Origin: Clostridiales bacterium UBA5448
GTDB lineage: Bacteria; Bacillota; Clostridia; Oscillospirales; SIG627
Reading direction: 5' to 3'
DNA: 64,000 nucleotides
Assembly: GCA_002427425.1 (NCBI GenBank)
Contig: DIRA01000032.1
Span: 69,250 to 133,249, forward strand
Notes under the pieces: model-generated
The model's database searches: none
Told to the model about the DNA's origin: nothing
What the model saw: only the letters and a program-made list of their open reading frames with translations
In this document: piece by piece, positions 40,772 to 49,318 of the stretch
Layout of the letters: each line of letters opens with the position of its first letter
Numbering within the stretch: position 1 is the first letter of the stretch
Translations under genes and position numbers: made by a program

Positions 40772-40800
40772 TTGAATCGGGAGAAAAAACGTGATACAAT
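40772..40800 (+). promoter_or_regulatory. sigma-A promoter of hprK
   Basis: TTGAAT-17 nt (ending TGA)-TACAAT. Confidence 0.7.
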
Positions 40801-40848
40801 GTAACATGGCTGAAATTGATCGAATAACCGGATGTGTGAGGAAAGAAT

Positions 40849-41805
40849 ATGTCTGAAATTATGGAACAATATCAGGTTCCGTTAAAGGAAATCATGCACG
40901 AATTCAATCTGGTGGGTGTCTATTTGCCCCCGGATGTGGATAAGCGGGAAATTTCCCGTGCCGATGCCAATCGTCCCGGTCTTGCCCTTACGGGTTTTTA
41001 TGATTTGTTTGAACCCCTTCGGATGCAAATCCTGGGTAAAGTGGAATATCGTTATCTCAACACAATGTCCCTGGAGGAAAGAAACCAAAGATTGTGTGAA
41101 TTTTTCTCCAAGCGACCGGTGGGCGTGGTTTTGTGCCAAGGATTGGAGCCTTTCCCTGAAATGGTGGCATGCGCCAACGATTGGCAGGTGCCTTTGCTGA
41201 CCTATACGGGGGAAACTTCGGACCTCATTGCCGCTCTGATCGCTTCTTTGAACGTAAAACTGGCTCCCCGTATCACCCGTCACGGCGTGTTCGTGGAGGT
41301 GTATGGGGAAGGGTTGCTTATTTTCGGTGATAGCGGCATCGGCAAAAGTGAAACCGCCATCGAATTGGTTAAAAGGGGACACCGTTTGATTGCGGACGAT
41401 GCGGTGGAAATCAAAAAAGTATCCGCGAAGACCCTTTTGGGTACGTCTCCCGAACTGATCCGTCACTATATCGAACTGCGGGGTATCGGCATTGTGGATG
41501 TTCGCAGAATTTTTGGCATGGGCGCTGTAAAACTGACCGAAAAAATCGATTTGATCATCAATCTGGAACATTGGAATAAGGAAAAATTTTATGATCGGTT
41601 GGGTCTGGATACCGAGTATACTGAAATCATGGGGATCCAAGTGCCTTCCATCACCATTCCCGTCCAGCCGGGACGAAATTTGGCGGTTATTCTGGAAATT
41701 GCCGCCATGAACAGTCGTCAGAAAAAGTGGGGTTATAATACCGCAGTGGAATTTACGAAAAAACTCATGGGCGAAATTCCGGCGGATGACAATTCCCTCA
41801 GATAA
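40849..41805 (+). CDS. hprK: HPr kinase/phosphorylase
   Basis: NRPGLALTG, HGVFVEVYG, GDSGIGKSE, LIADDAVE, ELRGIGI, PGRNLA. Confidence 0.97.
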   Translation: MSEIMEQYQVPLKEIMHEFNLVGVYLPPDVDKREISRADANRPGLALTGFYDLFEPLRMQILGKVEYRYLNTMSLEERNQRLCEFFSKRPVGVVLCQGLEPFPEMVACANDWQVPLLTYTGETSDLIAALIASLNVKLAPRITRHGVFVEVYGEGLLIFGDSGIGKSETAIELVKRGHRLIADDAVEIKKVSAKTLLGTSPELIRHYIELRGIGIVDVRRIFGMGAVKLTEKIDLIINLEHWNKEKFYDRLGLDTEYTEIMGIQVPSITIPVQPGRNLAVILEIAAMNSRQKKWGYNTAVEFTKKLMGEIPADDNSLR

Positions 41806-41834
41806 ATCATACATTGATAAGAAGGTGTGAATCT

Positions 41835-42779
41835 ATGCGTTTAGGAATTGACTTGGGCGGTACCAACATTGCGGCGGGGCTGGTAGACGATAAAGGGAAA
41901 ATCCTCTTGAAGCAAATCGCTCCCACTCCCGTCAAAGAAGGGGCGGATTCCATTGTTGCCACCATGGGAACGTTATGTTTGGGTCTGCTGAAAAAAGCTG
42001 GCTTAGCTTTGGAACAAATTACGCTGTGCGGCATTGCCGCTCCCGGTGTCGCCAATCGAAAAACCGGTATCGTTGAAGTTTCGGCTAACTTGCCTTTTGT
42101 GTACTATCCCGTCGTGCAAACCCTGCAGAATTACTTACCCGGCGTGAAGATTTTGTTGGAAAATGATGCCAATGCCGCTGCCAAGGGTGAAGTGGAAGTC
42201 GGCGCCGCCAAAGGGGCTGAAAATGCCATCATGATTACCTTGGGAACCGGGGTAGGCGGCGGTATCATCATCCGCCGGCAGGTGTATTCCGGCTTCAATT
42301 TCGCCGGCGGAGAACTGGGACATGTGGTCATTGTTTACGACGGAGAACCCTGCGGCTGCGGTCGCAAAGGTTGTTGGGAAGCGTATAGCTCCGCCACGGC
42401 TCTGGTTCGGATCACCAAAGAAAAAATGAATGCTTTTCCCGATTCCATCATGAACAAAATGGTTCAGATTGAAGGTAGAGTGAACGGAAGAACCGCATTC
42501 AATGCCGCCAAAAAAGGCGACCATGCAGGGAAAGAAGCGGTGGAAGAATACATCCGCTATCTGGCTTGCGGCCTGACCAACATCATCAACATTTTTCAGC
42601 CGGAAATTCTGATTATCGGCGGCGGCATCTGCGGAGAAGGGGAATATCTGCTCAAACCCTTGGAAGAGATTATCAATCAAGAACAATACACCAGAATTGC
42701 ACATGTAAAAACCAAACTGGTCATTGCTACCTTAGGAAACGATGCCGGTATCATCGGCGCATCATTGATAGACAGGTGA
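41835..42779 (+). CDS. ROK family sugar kinase (glucokinase-like)
   Basis: GIDLGGT, ENDANAAA, TLGTGVGGG, GELGH, CGCGRKGCWE. Confidence 0.92.
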   Translation: MRLGIDLGGTNIAAGLVDDKGKILLKQIAPTPVKEGADSIVATMGTLCLGLLKKAGLALEQITLCGIAAPGVANRKTGIVEVSANLPFVYYPVVQTLQNYLPGVKILLENDANAAAKGEVEVGAAKGAENAIMITLGTGVGGGIIIRRQVYSGFNFAGGELGHVVIVYDGEPCGCGRKGCWEAYSSATALVRITKEKMNAFPDSIMNKMVQIEGRVNGRTAFNAAKKGDHAGKEAVEEYIRYLACGLTNIINIFQPEILIIGGGICGEGEYLLKPLEEIINQEQYTRIAHVKTKLVIATLGNDAGIIGASLIDR

Positions 42780-42782
42780 ACA

Positions 42783-43700
42783 ATGTTTGAGAATATGCAA
42801 GACGTCCGGGTGGAACGGGATGTTTCCATGGCGTCTTTAACCACGTTCCGTGCAGGCGGCCATGCGGCGTATGCGGTTTATCCCAGCACCCCTGAAGCAT
42901 GGGGAGCGATCATTGCCGCGGCAAAAAAAGAAAACATTCCCTTTGCCGTTTTGGGCAACGGAAGCAATGTATTGGCTACGGATGAAGATTTTGCGGGCAT
43001 ATTGATCATCACCACCGACATGCGTGATGTGCGGGTGGAGGAGACCTGTGTGTATGCCCAGGCAGGAGCGTCCTTATCGGCGGTGGCGGTCACTGCCATG
43101 AAAGCCGGGCTGGCGGGTCTGGAGTTTTCTTACGGTATTCCGGGAACGGTGGGTGGTGCGATATTTATGAATGCCGGCGCCTATGACGGAGAAATGCAGT
43201 TTGCAGTCAAACAAAGCCGGTACCTGGATGAAGATGGACAAGTGCGAGTCTTGGAAAAAGAGGAACATGCATTCGGCTACCGGGACAGTTATTATCAGCA
43301 CCATTTCGGGATGATTATAGACTGTATATTACAGTTGAAGCCGGGAAACCCCGAGGAGATCAAAGCAAAAATGGACGATTTTATGTGCCGCAGAAAATCC
43401 AAGCAACCCTTGATGCATCCCAGCGCCGGAAGTACATTTCGCAGACCATATAAGGGATATGCCTCCCAGATGGTTGACGAATGCGCCTTAAAAGGCTTTC
43501 GGGTAGGAGGCGCCGCGGTATCTGAAATGCATGCCGGTTTTATCATCAATGACCGAGAGGGAAGCGTGGCGGATATTGTAGCGGTCATACAAAGTGTACA
43601 AAAAAAGGTGTTTGCCGAAAAAGGTGTTATGCTGGAACGCGAAGTTCGGATGCTGCACGAAATCATCCTGAATGGAATTTTCAATAAAAATATTCCCTAA
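42783..43700 (+). CDS. murB: UDP-N-acetylmuramate dehydrogenase
   Basis: TTFRAGG, GNGSNVL, GIPGTVGGAIFMNAGAY, KQP...SAGSTF, HAGFIIN. Confidence 0.96.
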   Translation: MFENMQDVRVERDVSMASLTTFRAGGHAAYAVYPSTPEAWGAIIAAAKKENIPFAVLGNGSNVLATDEDFAGILIITTDMRDVRVEETCVYAQAGASLSAVAVTAMKAGLAGLEFSYGIPGTVGGAIFMNAGAYDGEMQFAVKQSRYLDEDGQVRVLEKEEHAFGYRDSYYQHHFGMIIDCILQLKPGNPEEIKAKMDDFMCRRKSKQPLMHPSAGSTFRRPYKGYASQMVDECALKGFRVGGAAVSEMHAGFIINDREGSVADIVAVIQSVQKKVFAEKGVMLEREVRMLHEIILNGIFNKNIP

Positions 43701-43704
43701 ACTC

Positions 43705-43733
43705 TTGACAAAAAAAACCGGCTGTGCTATGAT
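43705..43733 (+). promoter_or_regulatory. sigma-A promoter of tRNA-Arg
   Basis: TTGACA-17 nt (ending TGC)-TATGAT. Confidence 0.8.
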
Positions 43734-43756
43734 AGCAAAGCTGTCCAAAGACATTT

Positions 43757-43833
43757 GCGCCGTTAGCTCAGCTGGATAGAGTGTTTGGCTACGAACCAAA
43801 AGGTCGGGGGTTCGAATCCCTTACGGCGTACCA
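43757..43833 (+). tRNA. tRNA-Arg, anticodon ACG
   Basis: GCGCCGT acceptor stem, AGCTCAGCTGGATAGAG D-arm, TTTGG-CTACGAA-CCAAA anticodon arm, GGTTCGAATCC, encoded CCA; 77 nt. Confidence 0.97.
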
Positions 43834-43863
43834 AAAACCATCTCATTTTGAGGTGGTTTTTTT
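43834..43863 (+). terminator. tRNA terminator
   Basis: AAAACCATCTCA-TTT-TGAGGTGGTTTT followed by further Ts. Confidence 0.85.
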
Positions 43864-43868
43864 GCATC

Positions 43869-44009
43869 GTGCGCCCAGCGGTGGCAACAACTTAGCGGTG
43901 AAATTCCGCTTCCCAAAGGACGAGTCCATGCCCATATATGGTAGAACCGCCGTGTACCGAACGGTACGCCTGGTGGTGTGGGAGGGCGGAAGTTGATTAT
44001 CCCCATAAT
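43869..44009 (+). mobile_element. Internally deleted group II (class C) intron remnant: 5' end plus domain V and a degenerate domain VI
   Basis: 5' GTGCGCCCAGC...ACAACTTAGCGGTGAAATTCCGCT; domain V GAACCGCCGTGTACCGAACGGTACGCCTGGTGGTGT at 43944-43979; inserted 5 nt after an intrinsic terminator. Confidence 0.8.
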
Positions 44010-44018
44010 AAAAACCAA

Positions 44019-44061
44019 AAAGGACACCGAAAAGTGAAAGGACACCGAAAAGTGTCCTTTT
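44019..44061. terminator. Terminator hairpin with an 18-bp tandem duplication
   Basis: AAAGGACACCGAAAAGTG x2 followed by TCCTTTT. Confidence 0.65.
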
Positions 44062-44215
44062 GTTGATGGATTAAGAAATTACATGCTCTTTTCAGAAACG
44101 GTCGACAGAAGCCAATCATAAAATATCAATCATTGAAACATAATTTTAACTGCTCATATTGCAGACAATATGTATCATGTAAGCAGAGCGGTGCGCTCAT
44201 GATAACAGCCTTTTT

Positions 44216-45187
44216 TTAATTTTCCCACACGAATCCGGGTGTTTTGGCGGCTTGATATGCCCCCTCCATCATTTCAGTCAAAGCAATGGCGTCATCTATA
44301 CCAAAGGGCGAATCCACACCCTCTTTTAGGCTCTTTATCCACAGCGAGAGCGGTGTAGGAAGACCCGCGGGCAAATCGGTCACGTTGATCCATTTGCCGT
44401 TCGTGTTTTTGGATGCATAGCTGACGCCGAGGTCCTTGCGATAAACAAGCGCACCCTCATCGCCACCAATCTCCAGGGTTAACGGACAGTTGCTGGATAC
44501 AAAACCGGTTTCGTTCACACCGATTGCGCCGTCTGCAAATTCCATGATACATACGGCGTTGTCTTCGACCGGCTTTCCGGTCACCTTGGTAAAGAGAGAA
44601 CGGCAGTTTATCGGTTTGCCCAGCAGCCAGCGTAAAAGGTACATGCCGTGCGCACCGAGATCAATCATTGCACCGCCCCCGCATTCTGCTGCGTTGTAAA
44701 AATGCGCCGGGAGCCTTCCTGCCGATGCTCCGTTGTGAACATTACGTACACGTCCATAGTGAATCCTTCCCAACTCTCCGCTGTCAGAAAGCTGTTTGGC
44801 AAAGCGCAAACTGGGATTGCACATATGTGGAAACGAAATGGTGAAGTGAACGTCATAACGTTCAATGGCTGCTTTGATTTCCAGACATTCTGCCAGGGTC
44901 AGAGCCAATACCTTTTCGGTGAAGATATGCTTACCGGCGCGAGCTGCTTTTATGATCAGTTCGGTATGTGCTGCTGTTGCAGCGGTAATAACGACACCGA
45001 CGATGGAACTATCGCCCAGCAAGCGGTCATAGTCGTCATAAAAAGCACAACCCAGCTTTTTCGCCCACTCTCGACCACGGGTTGTATTTTCATCCCAGAC
45101 AGCGGTGATGTTGAGACCCGCTTTCATCGCTTCGTCGGCGTAACTCTTACCGTGTACATGCCAAAAGCTAATAATGGCTATATTCAT
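44216..45187 (-). CDS. Gfo/Idh/MocA family oxidoreductase
   Basis: AGKHIFTEK, GGGAMIDLGAH, VEDNAV. Confidence 0.92.
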   Translation of the reverse strand: MNIAIISFWHVHGKSYADEAMKAGLNITAVWDENTTRGREWAKKLGCAFYDDYDRLLGDSSIVGVVITAATAAHTELIIKAARAGKHIFTEKVLALTLAECLEIKAAIERYDVHFTISFPHMCNPSLRFAKQLSDSGELGRIHYGRVRNVHNGASAGRLPAHFYNAAECGGGAMIDLGAHGMYLLRWLLGKPINCRSLFTKVTGKPVEDNAVCIMEFADGAIGVNETGFVSSNCPLTLEIGGDEGALVYRKDLGVSYASKNTNGKWINVTDLPAGLPTPLSLWIKSLKEGVDSPFGIDDAIALTEMMEGAYQAAKTPGFVWEN

Positions 45188-45196
45188 ATGCATACC

Positions 45197-45342
45197 TCAC
45201 AATCAATACAGGCGGACCGGATTTTGCCGGCGGATAGATGGCATCGAGTATCTCCGATACCACACAGGTCTGCTCCGGAAACGCCATGATTTACGGCGAC
45301 ACTTCCGCATCCGGGTATTCCAAACCTTACTTGTTTTTTCAT
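45197..45342 (-). pseudogene. Collapsed Gfo/Idh/MocA gene (N-terminus joined to C-terminus)
   Basis: MKKQVRFGIPGCGSVA (Rossmann start) followed in another frame by PEQTCVVSEILDAIYPPAKSGPPVL (typical family C-terminus). Confidence 0.7.
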
Positions 45343-45454
45343 ATTTCGACCCCCATTTATTTTTAATTTTATATATGGACTATAGCATTTTGTATGGGTA
45401 TGGTATATAATAAAACCACCAACATATATAAAAAGTTTGTCATGGAGGTGTATT

Positions 45455-46390
45455 TTGAGTCATACATATGTAATTCCCGAAAATATCCTCGTAGAGCCCA
45501 AGCGTTACCGTAATGGTATCCCTGATGATGTCGACAGCCATATACAACAGCATATGGGCCCTGCTGTAGCGGCGTTAGCCCATATCCATGATTTGATAGA
45601 GCTATTGTATTGCCTTGACGGATCCTTCAAGGCCTTTTTGAATGGTATAGAATACCGCCTTGAAAAGGGATGTTTGCTGCTTATCAAATCACAGGAAATA
45701 CATCATATATTTGCGGAGTCTGCGGAACTCAACCGATATATTGTATTGAAGATTGACCCCCGTTTTCTCTGCATTCCCATTCAGTCGAGTTTTGAGTCTA
45801 AATTCGCGTTGCCCTTTACCATGAACGGCAAAGGAGGCAAGCGTCTATATGCGGCGCAGGAGGTGAATGAGGCAAAACTCGGATGGTTGATCCATGAACT
45901 GCATCATGAGCTGACATGGCGCACCTATGGATATGAGCTTGCGGTCAGAGCGCATATAAGCAGACTGTTTTTATGGATTTTGCGCTATTGGGAAGCAAAC
46001 GGCGTCAGTCTGGGCTGCGAGGTCAGCGATCATTTGCGGACGGCGCTTTCAAGATGTATTAACAACATCAACGAGAAATACAAAGAAAACCTGACCGCGC
46101 GTGACATGGCAGACAGGTTTAATATCAGCTACAGCTATTTTTCAAGGATGTTTAAGCGTCTCACGGGACGTAGCTTTTGCCAGTATCTCAATTCCATACG
46201 GATAGCAGAGGCCGAGAAACTTTTGGTGACCACTGATATGACTATCACCGCGATTGCCATGGAAACGGGTTTTTGTGATACTTGCCACTTGATTGTAAAA
46301 TTTAAGGAAGAAAAGGGTACCACGCCCATGGGGTTCAGAAAAACCTATGCACAAGACAACCAAGTGAACAGGTTTCTTGACGCAGAATAA
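45455..46390 (+). CDS. AraC family transcriptional regulator with cupin sensor domain
   Basis: HIHDLIELLY...IHH cupin; YFSRMFK...YLNSIRIAEA...IAMETGF...FK...GTTP. Confidence 0.92.
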   Translation: MSHTYVIPENILVEPKRYRNGIPDDVDSHIQQHMGPAVAALAHIHDLIELLYCLDGSFKAFLNGIEYRLEKGCLLLIKSQEIHHIFAESAELNRYIVLKIDPRFLCIPIQSSFESKFALPFTMNGKGGKRLYAAQEVNEAKLGWLIHELHHELTWRTYGYELAVRAHISRLFLWILRYWEANGVSLGCEVSDHLRTALSRCINNINEKYKENLTARDMADRFNISYSYFSRMFKRLTGRSFCQYLNSIRIAEAEKLLVTTDMTITAIAMETGFCDTCHLIVKFKEEKGTTPMGFRKTYAQDNQVNRFLDAE

Positions 46391-46696
46391 CCCCGAATAA
46401 ATACCTCCACTTGTCTTTTCTGTCGTTTTGTCAGATCATACAACTCCATTTCCGATCGATCAATATCCTTGGCGGTATTGCGAAATTGCTAAAATTGTTA
46501 CCAAAGTTGCAAATATATCAATTATGTGATATCATATAGAAAGCAGAATCAAATTACCCTCGGCAATCTGGGGGATGCTGCCCCACTTTGAAATGTATAC
46601 TGCTATGGTTTTCAAAAAAAGGATGTACGATTATCATATATTCTTGCGTTTGAAACGTACGGTATAGATAATAAATTAACCTTGAAAGGAGAAATC

Positions 46697-47308
46697 ATGT
46701 TTACAGTACAAGTAGAAAAACGTGAATTACACTCGAAAGGAAAACAGCTCAGAAGACAAGGAATTATCCCTGCGGTGCTCTATGGTAAACACCTCGAAGA
46801 GTCGGTGCATCTCAAGATGTCCCAGCAAGAAGCCGAACAGTTATTGAAATCCAGCGCCATTGGCTCCAAACTGGAACTAAAAATCGGCAAGGAAAAGCAC
46901 ATGGCCATGCTCAAAGAGGCTACCTATACCCCCAAACGTACGGTCGAGCATCTTTGCTTCCAGGCTCTCAAGGCTGACGAAATAGTCAACAGCATTACGC
47001 ATGTTATTTTGATTGGTAAAGAAAAAGTTGACGGGCTTGTGCTTCAGACACTGGACGAAATATCTTACAGAGCCCTCCCATCCAACATGGTTGAACGGAT
47101 TGAAGTCAACGTGGAAAATCTCACGGTAGGTGAAAATATAAAGGTTTCCGATCTTCCGTTCTCTCGTAACGAAGATGTCGAAATACTGACCCCTCTTGAC
47201 AGCGTTGTTGTCACGGTTTCTGCCCGTATAGAACACGTTGTAGAAACCGAAACCGCCGAGGAAGGTGCCGAGGGTGAGGAAGTCTCCGCTGACAATAACG
47301 AAGCGTAA
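46697..47308 (+). CDS. rplY: 50S ribosomal protein L25/Ctc
   Basis: LRRQGIIPAVLYG, two-domain Ctc length, acidic tail. Confidence 0.92.
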   Translation: MFTVQVEKRELHSKGKQLRRQGIIPAVLYGKHLEESVHLKMSQQEAEQLLKSSAIGSKLELKIGKEKHMAMLKEATYTPKRTVEHLCFQALKADEIVNSITHVILIGKEKVDGLVLQTLDEISYRALPSNMVERIEVNVENLTVGENIKVSDLPFSRNEDVEILTPLDSVVVTVSARIEHVVETETAEEGAEGEEVSADNNEA

Positions 47309-47327
47309 ACCAAAAGCATATAATCTA

Positions 47328-47363
47328 TTTGACCCCGACCGTGGTGCCACGGTCGGGGTCAAA
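47328..47363. terminator. Bidirectional terminator between rplY and bioY
   Basis: TTTGACCCCGACCGTGG-TG-CCACGGTCGGGGTCAAA. Confidence 0.8.
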
Positions 47364-47486
47364 ATGTTGATTGATGGTTATACTACGGGTGCATTGTGCC
47401 AAACAGCCTTTTCCTTGATCATCATGCAGGTACAAACCATATGCCGGGGACGCATGAACGGCGGATCAAAGATACGCAGCTGCACG

Positions 47487-48017
47487 TCAAACAAGGATGC
47501 GGCCTTTCAACTTTTTGGTCAGGAACAGCGCCAGCAGGATTTTGATCAGATCGGGTATGATAAACGGGAATACACACCATGTGAGTACTGTCAACAGCGA
47601 AACCGCACCATGGGTACGGATGTATACCATCATAAACCATACTGTACCAAAGGTATAGTAGACCAATGCGCCGGCTACCATGCCGATTGCAAGCACACCC
47701 GTTTTTTCTCCGAATATACGGGTGATGGTCCATAGGATGATAGCTGATCCCAGAAAGCCCAGGATATATCCTCCCGTGCTTCCCAACAATACACCCACGC
47801 CGCCGGTGAAATTGGCAAATACCGGCACACCCAAAGTACCCAACAGAATGTAGGTCAATATCGACAGGGTTCCCCGCTTGCCGCCCAGTAAACCCACGGC
47901 AAGGAAAACGGCAAAGGTCTGGAGGGTGAAGGGAACGGCGGAGGGGATGGAAATCCAGGAACAAATGGCAATCAGTACGGAAAACAGGGCGATGAGGGTT
48001 AAGTCTTTTGTTTTCAT
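47487..48017 (-). CDS. bioY: Biotin ECF S-component BioY
   Basis: VPFTLQT, LGTLGVPVFA...GG, TGGYILGF, PFIIPDLIK. Confidence 0.95.
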   Translation of the reverse strand: MKTKDLTLIALFSVLIAICSWISIPSAVPFTLQTFAVFLAVGLLGGKRGTLSILTYILLGTLGVPVFANFTGGVGVLLGSTGGYILGFLGSAIILWTITRIFGEKTGVLAIGMVAGALVYYTFGTVWFMMVYIRTHGAVSLLTVLTWCVFPFIIPDLIKILLALFLTKKLKGRILV

Positions 48018-48019
48018 AT

Positions 48020-48048
48020 TGTAAACCTTTCGTGGCTTCTTGTTTACA
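48020..48048. promoter_or_regulatory. BirA operator 1
   Basis: TGTAAAC-15 nt-GTTTACA directly upstream of the bioY ATG. Confidence 0.85.
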
Positions 48049-48074
48049 ATCAATGTATCATAACACGATATAAT

Positions 48075-48103
48075 TGTCAAGATGGAAATATTAATTGTTT
48101 ACA
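48075..48103. promoter_or_regulatory. BirA operator 2 (imperfect)
   Basis: TGTCAAG-15 nt-GTTTACA in the divergent promoter region. Confidence 0.65.
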
Positions 48104-48143
48104 ATCGGTGAGAATATGGTATAATATAAAACGGGTGACAAAA

Positions 48144-49127
48144 ATGACAAAAGATAAAGTGATTGCGAGTCTCAGACAATCCGACGGGTACGTTTCGGGA
48201 GAAGAAATCAGTCAGGCTCTCGGAATCAGCCGCGCAGCAGTCAATGCAGCTGTAAAAAATCTCAGAAAAGATGGTTATATTATTCATTCTTCCACTAATA
48301 AAGGGTATATGCTGCATGATTCACCGGATAAACTCAATATCGGTGAAATTCTTGCGCTGATTGGAAAGCGGGCAGAGAATGTGATTTGTCTGAATAAGGT
48401 GGATTCCACCAACAATCATGCAAGGATGCTGGCACAACAAGGTGCGCCGGATGGTTTGATTGTGGTTTCCAACGAACAAACCGGAGGAAAAGGCCGTCTG
48501 GGGCGCAGCTTTTATTCACCCAAGGACAAAGGAATTTATTTGTCTATGCTGATGCGGCCCCACTGCCTTCCTACGGAGATAACCAATTTGACTGCCTGGG
48601 TCGCGGTCGCCATGTGCCATGCCATTGAGACGGTCAGTGGGGTGCGTCCGGGTATCAAGTGGGTCAATGATCTGATAGTAAACGGCAGGAAAATCGGCGG
48701 TATTCTTACCGAAATGGCGGTAGAAGGCGAAAGCGGTCATATCCAGCATGTGATCGTCGGAATCGGGATCAACGTCAGGGAAGGGGAAAGTGATTTCCCG
48801 CAGGATATTCGTCCGATCGCATCCTCTTTGGCCATCGAAACAGGAATGGAAATTAACCGTGCCCGGCTTGCCTGTGAAATGATCCGGGCTCTTGACCAAC
48901 TGCGGGCCGACTGGCCGAAACAGAAAGCGGCCTACCTGTCCGCATACCGAAAAGAGTGTATGATCGCGGGGAAAGAAATCCGTTTTGTACGTGACGGTAT
49001 CGAACGGACGGGCATTGCCGAGGAAATTGACGATGATTTTGGACTGGTTGTCCGCTTCATTGATGGCAGCCGGGAAAGTCTCACAAGCGGCGAGGTCAGC
49101 GTTCGGGGGCTGCATGGGTATGTATGA
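48144..49127 (+). CDS. birA: Bifunctional biotin ligase/repressor
   Basis: N-terminal wHTH (VSGEEISQALGISRAAV), DSTN, QTGGKGRLGR, KWVND, KIGGILTE. Confidence 0.96.
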   Translation: MTKDKVIASLRQSDGYVSGEEISQALGISRAAVNAAVKNLRKDGYIIHSSTNKGYMLHDSPDKLNIGEILALIGKRAENVICLNKVDSTNNHARMLAQQGAPDGLIVVSNEQTGGKGRLGRSFYSPKDKGIYLSMLMRPHCLPTEITNLTAWVAVAMCHAIETVSGVRPGIKWVNDLIVNGRKIGGILTEMAVEGESGHIQHVIVGIGINVREGESDFPQDIRPIASSLAIETGMEINRARLACEMIRALDQLRADWPKQKAAYLSAYRKECMIAGKEIRFVRDGIERTGIAEEIDDDFGLVVRFIDGSRESLTSGEVSVRGLHGYV

Positions 49128-49154
49128 TTGCAGAGGTACTGCATTTTCTTTGAC

Positions 49155-49184
49155 TTGACAAAGGATGTATGAATACAGTATAAT
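49155..49184 (+). promoter_or_regulatory. sigma-A promoter followed by a ~125-nt structured leader
   Basis: TTGACA-18 nt-TATAAT. Confidence 0.7.
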
Positions 49185-49318
49185 TTGTACAATTTATCAA
49201 GCGTGATTGCGACTGTCGCGGTATGGTATGAAGGGGCATGATGATCCGGACTGACGAGTGCCAAGGGGAAAAAAGTGCCGCGTATTGTAGTAAACATGGA
49301 TAAATGGGGAGGAGAAGT

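Noticed and set aside
49251-49274. Hammerhead ribozyme (CTGACGA...GAAA)
   Set aside because: No stem II can form between the two core elements, and no suitable stems I/III are present
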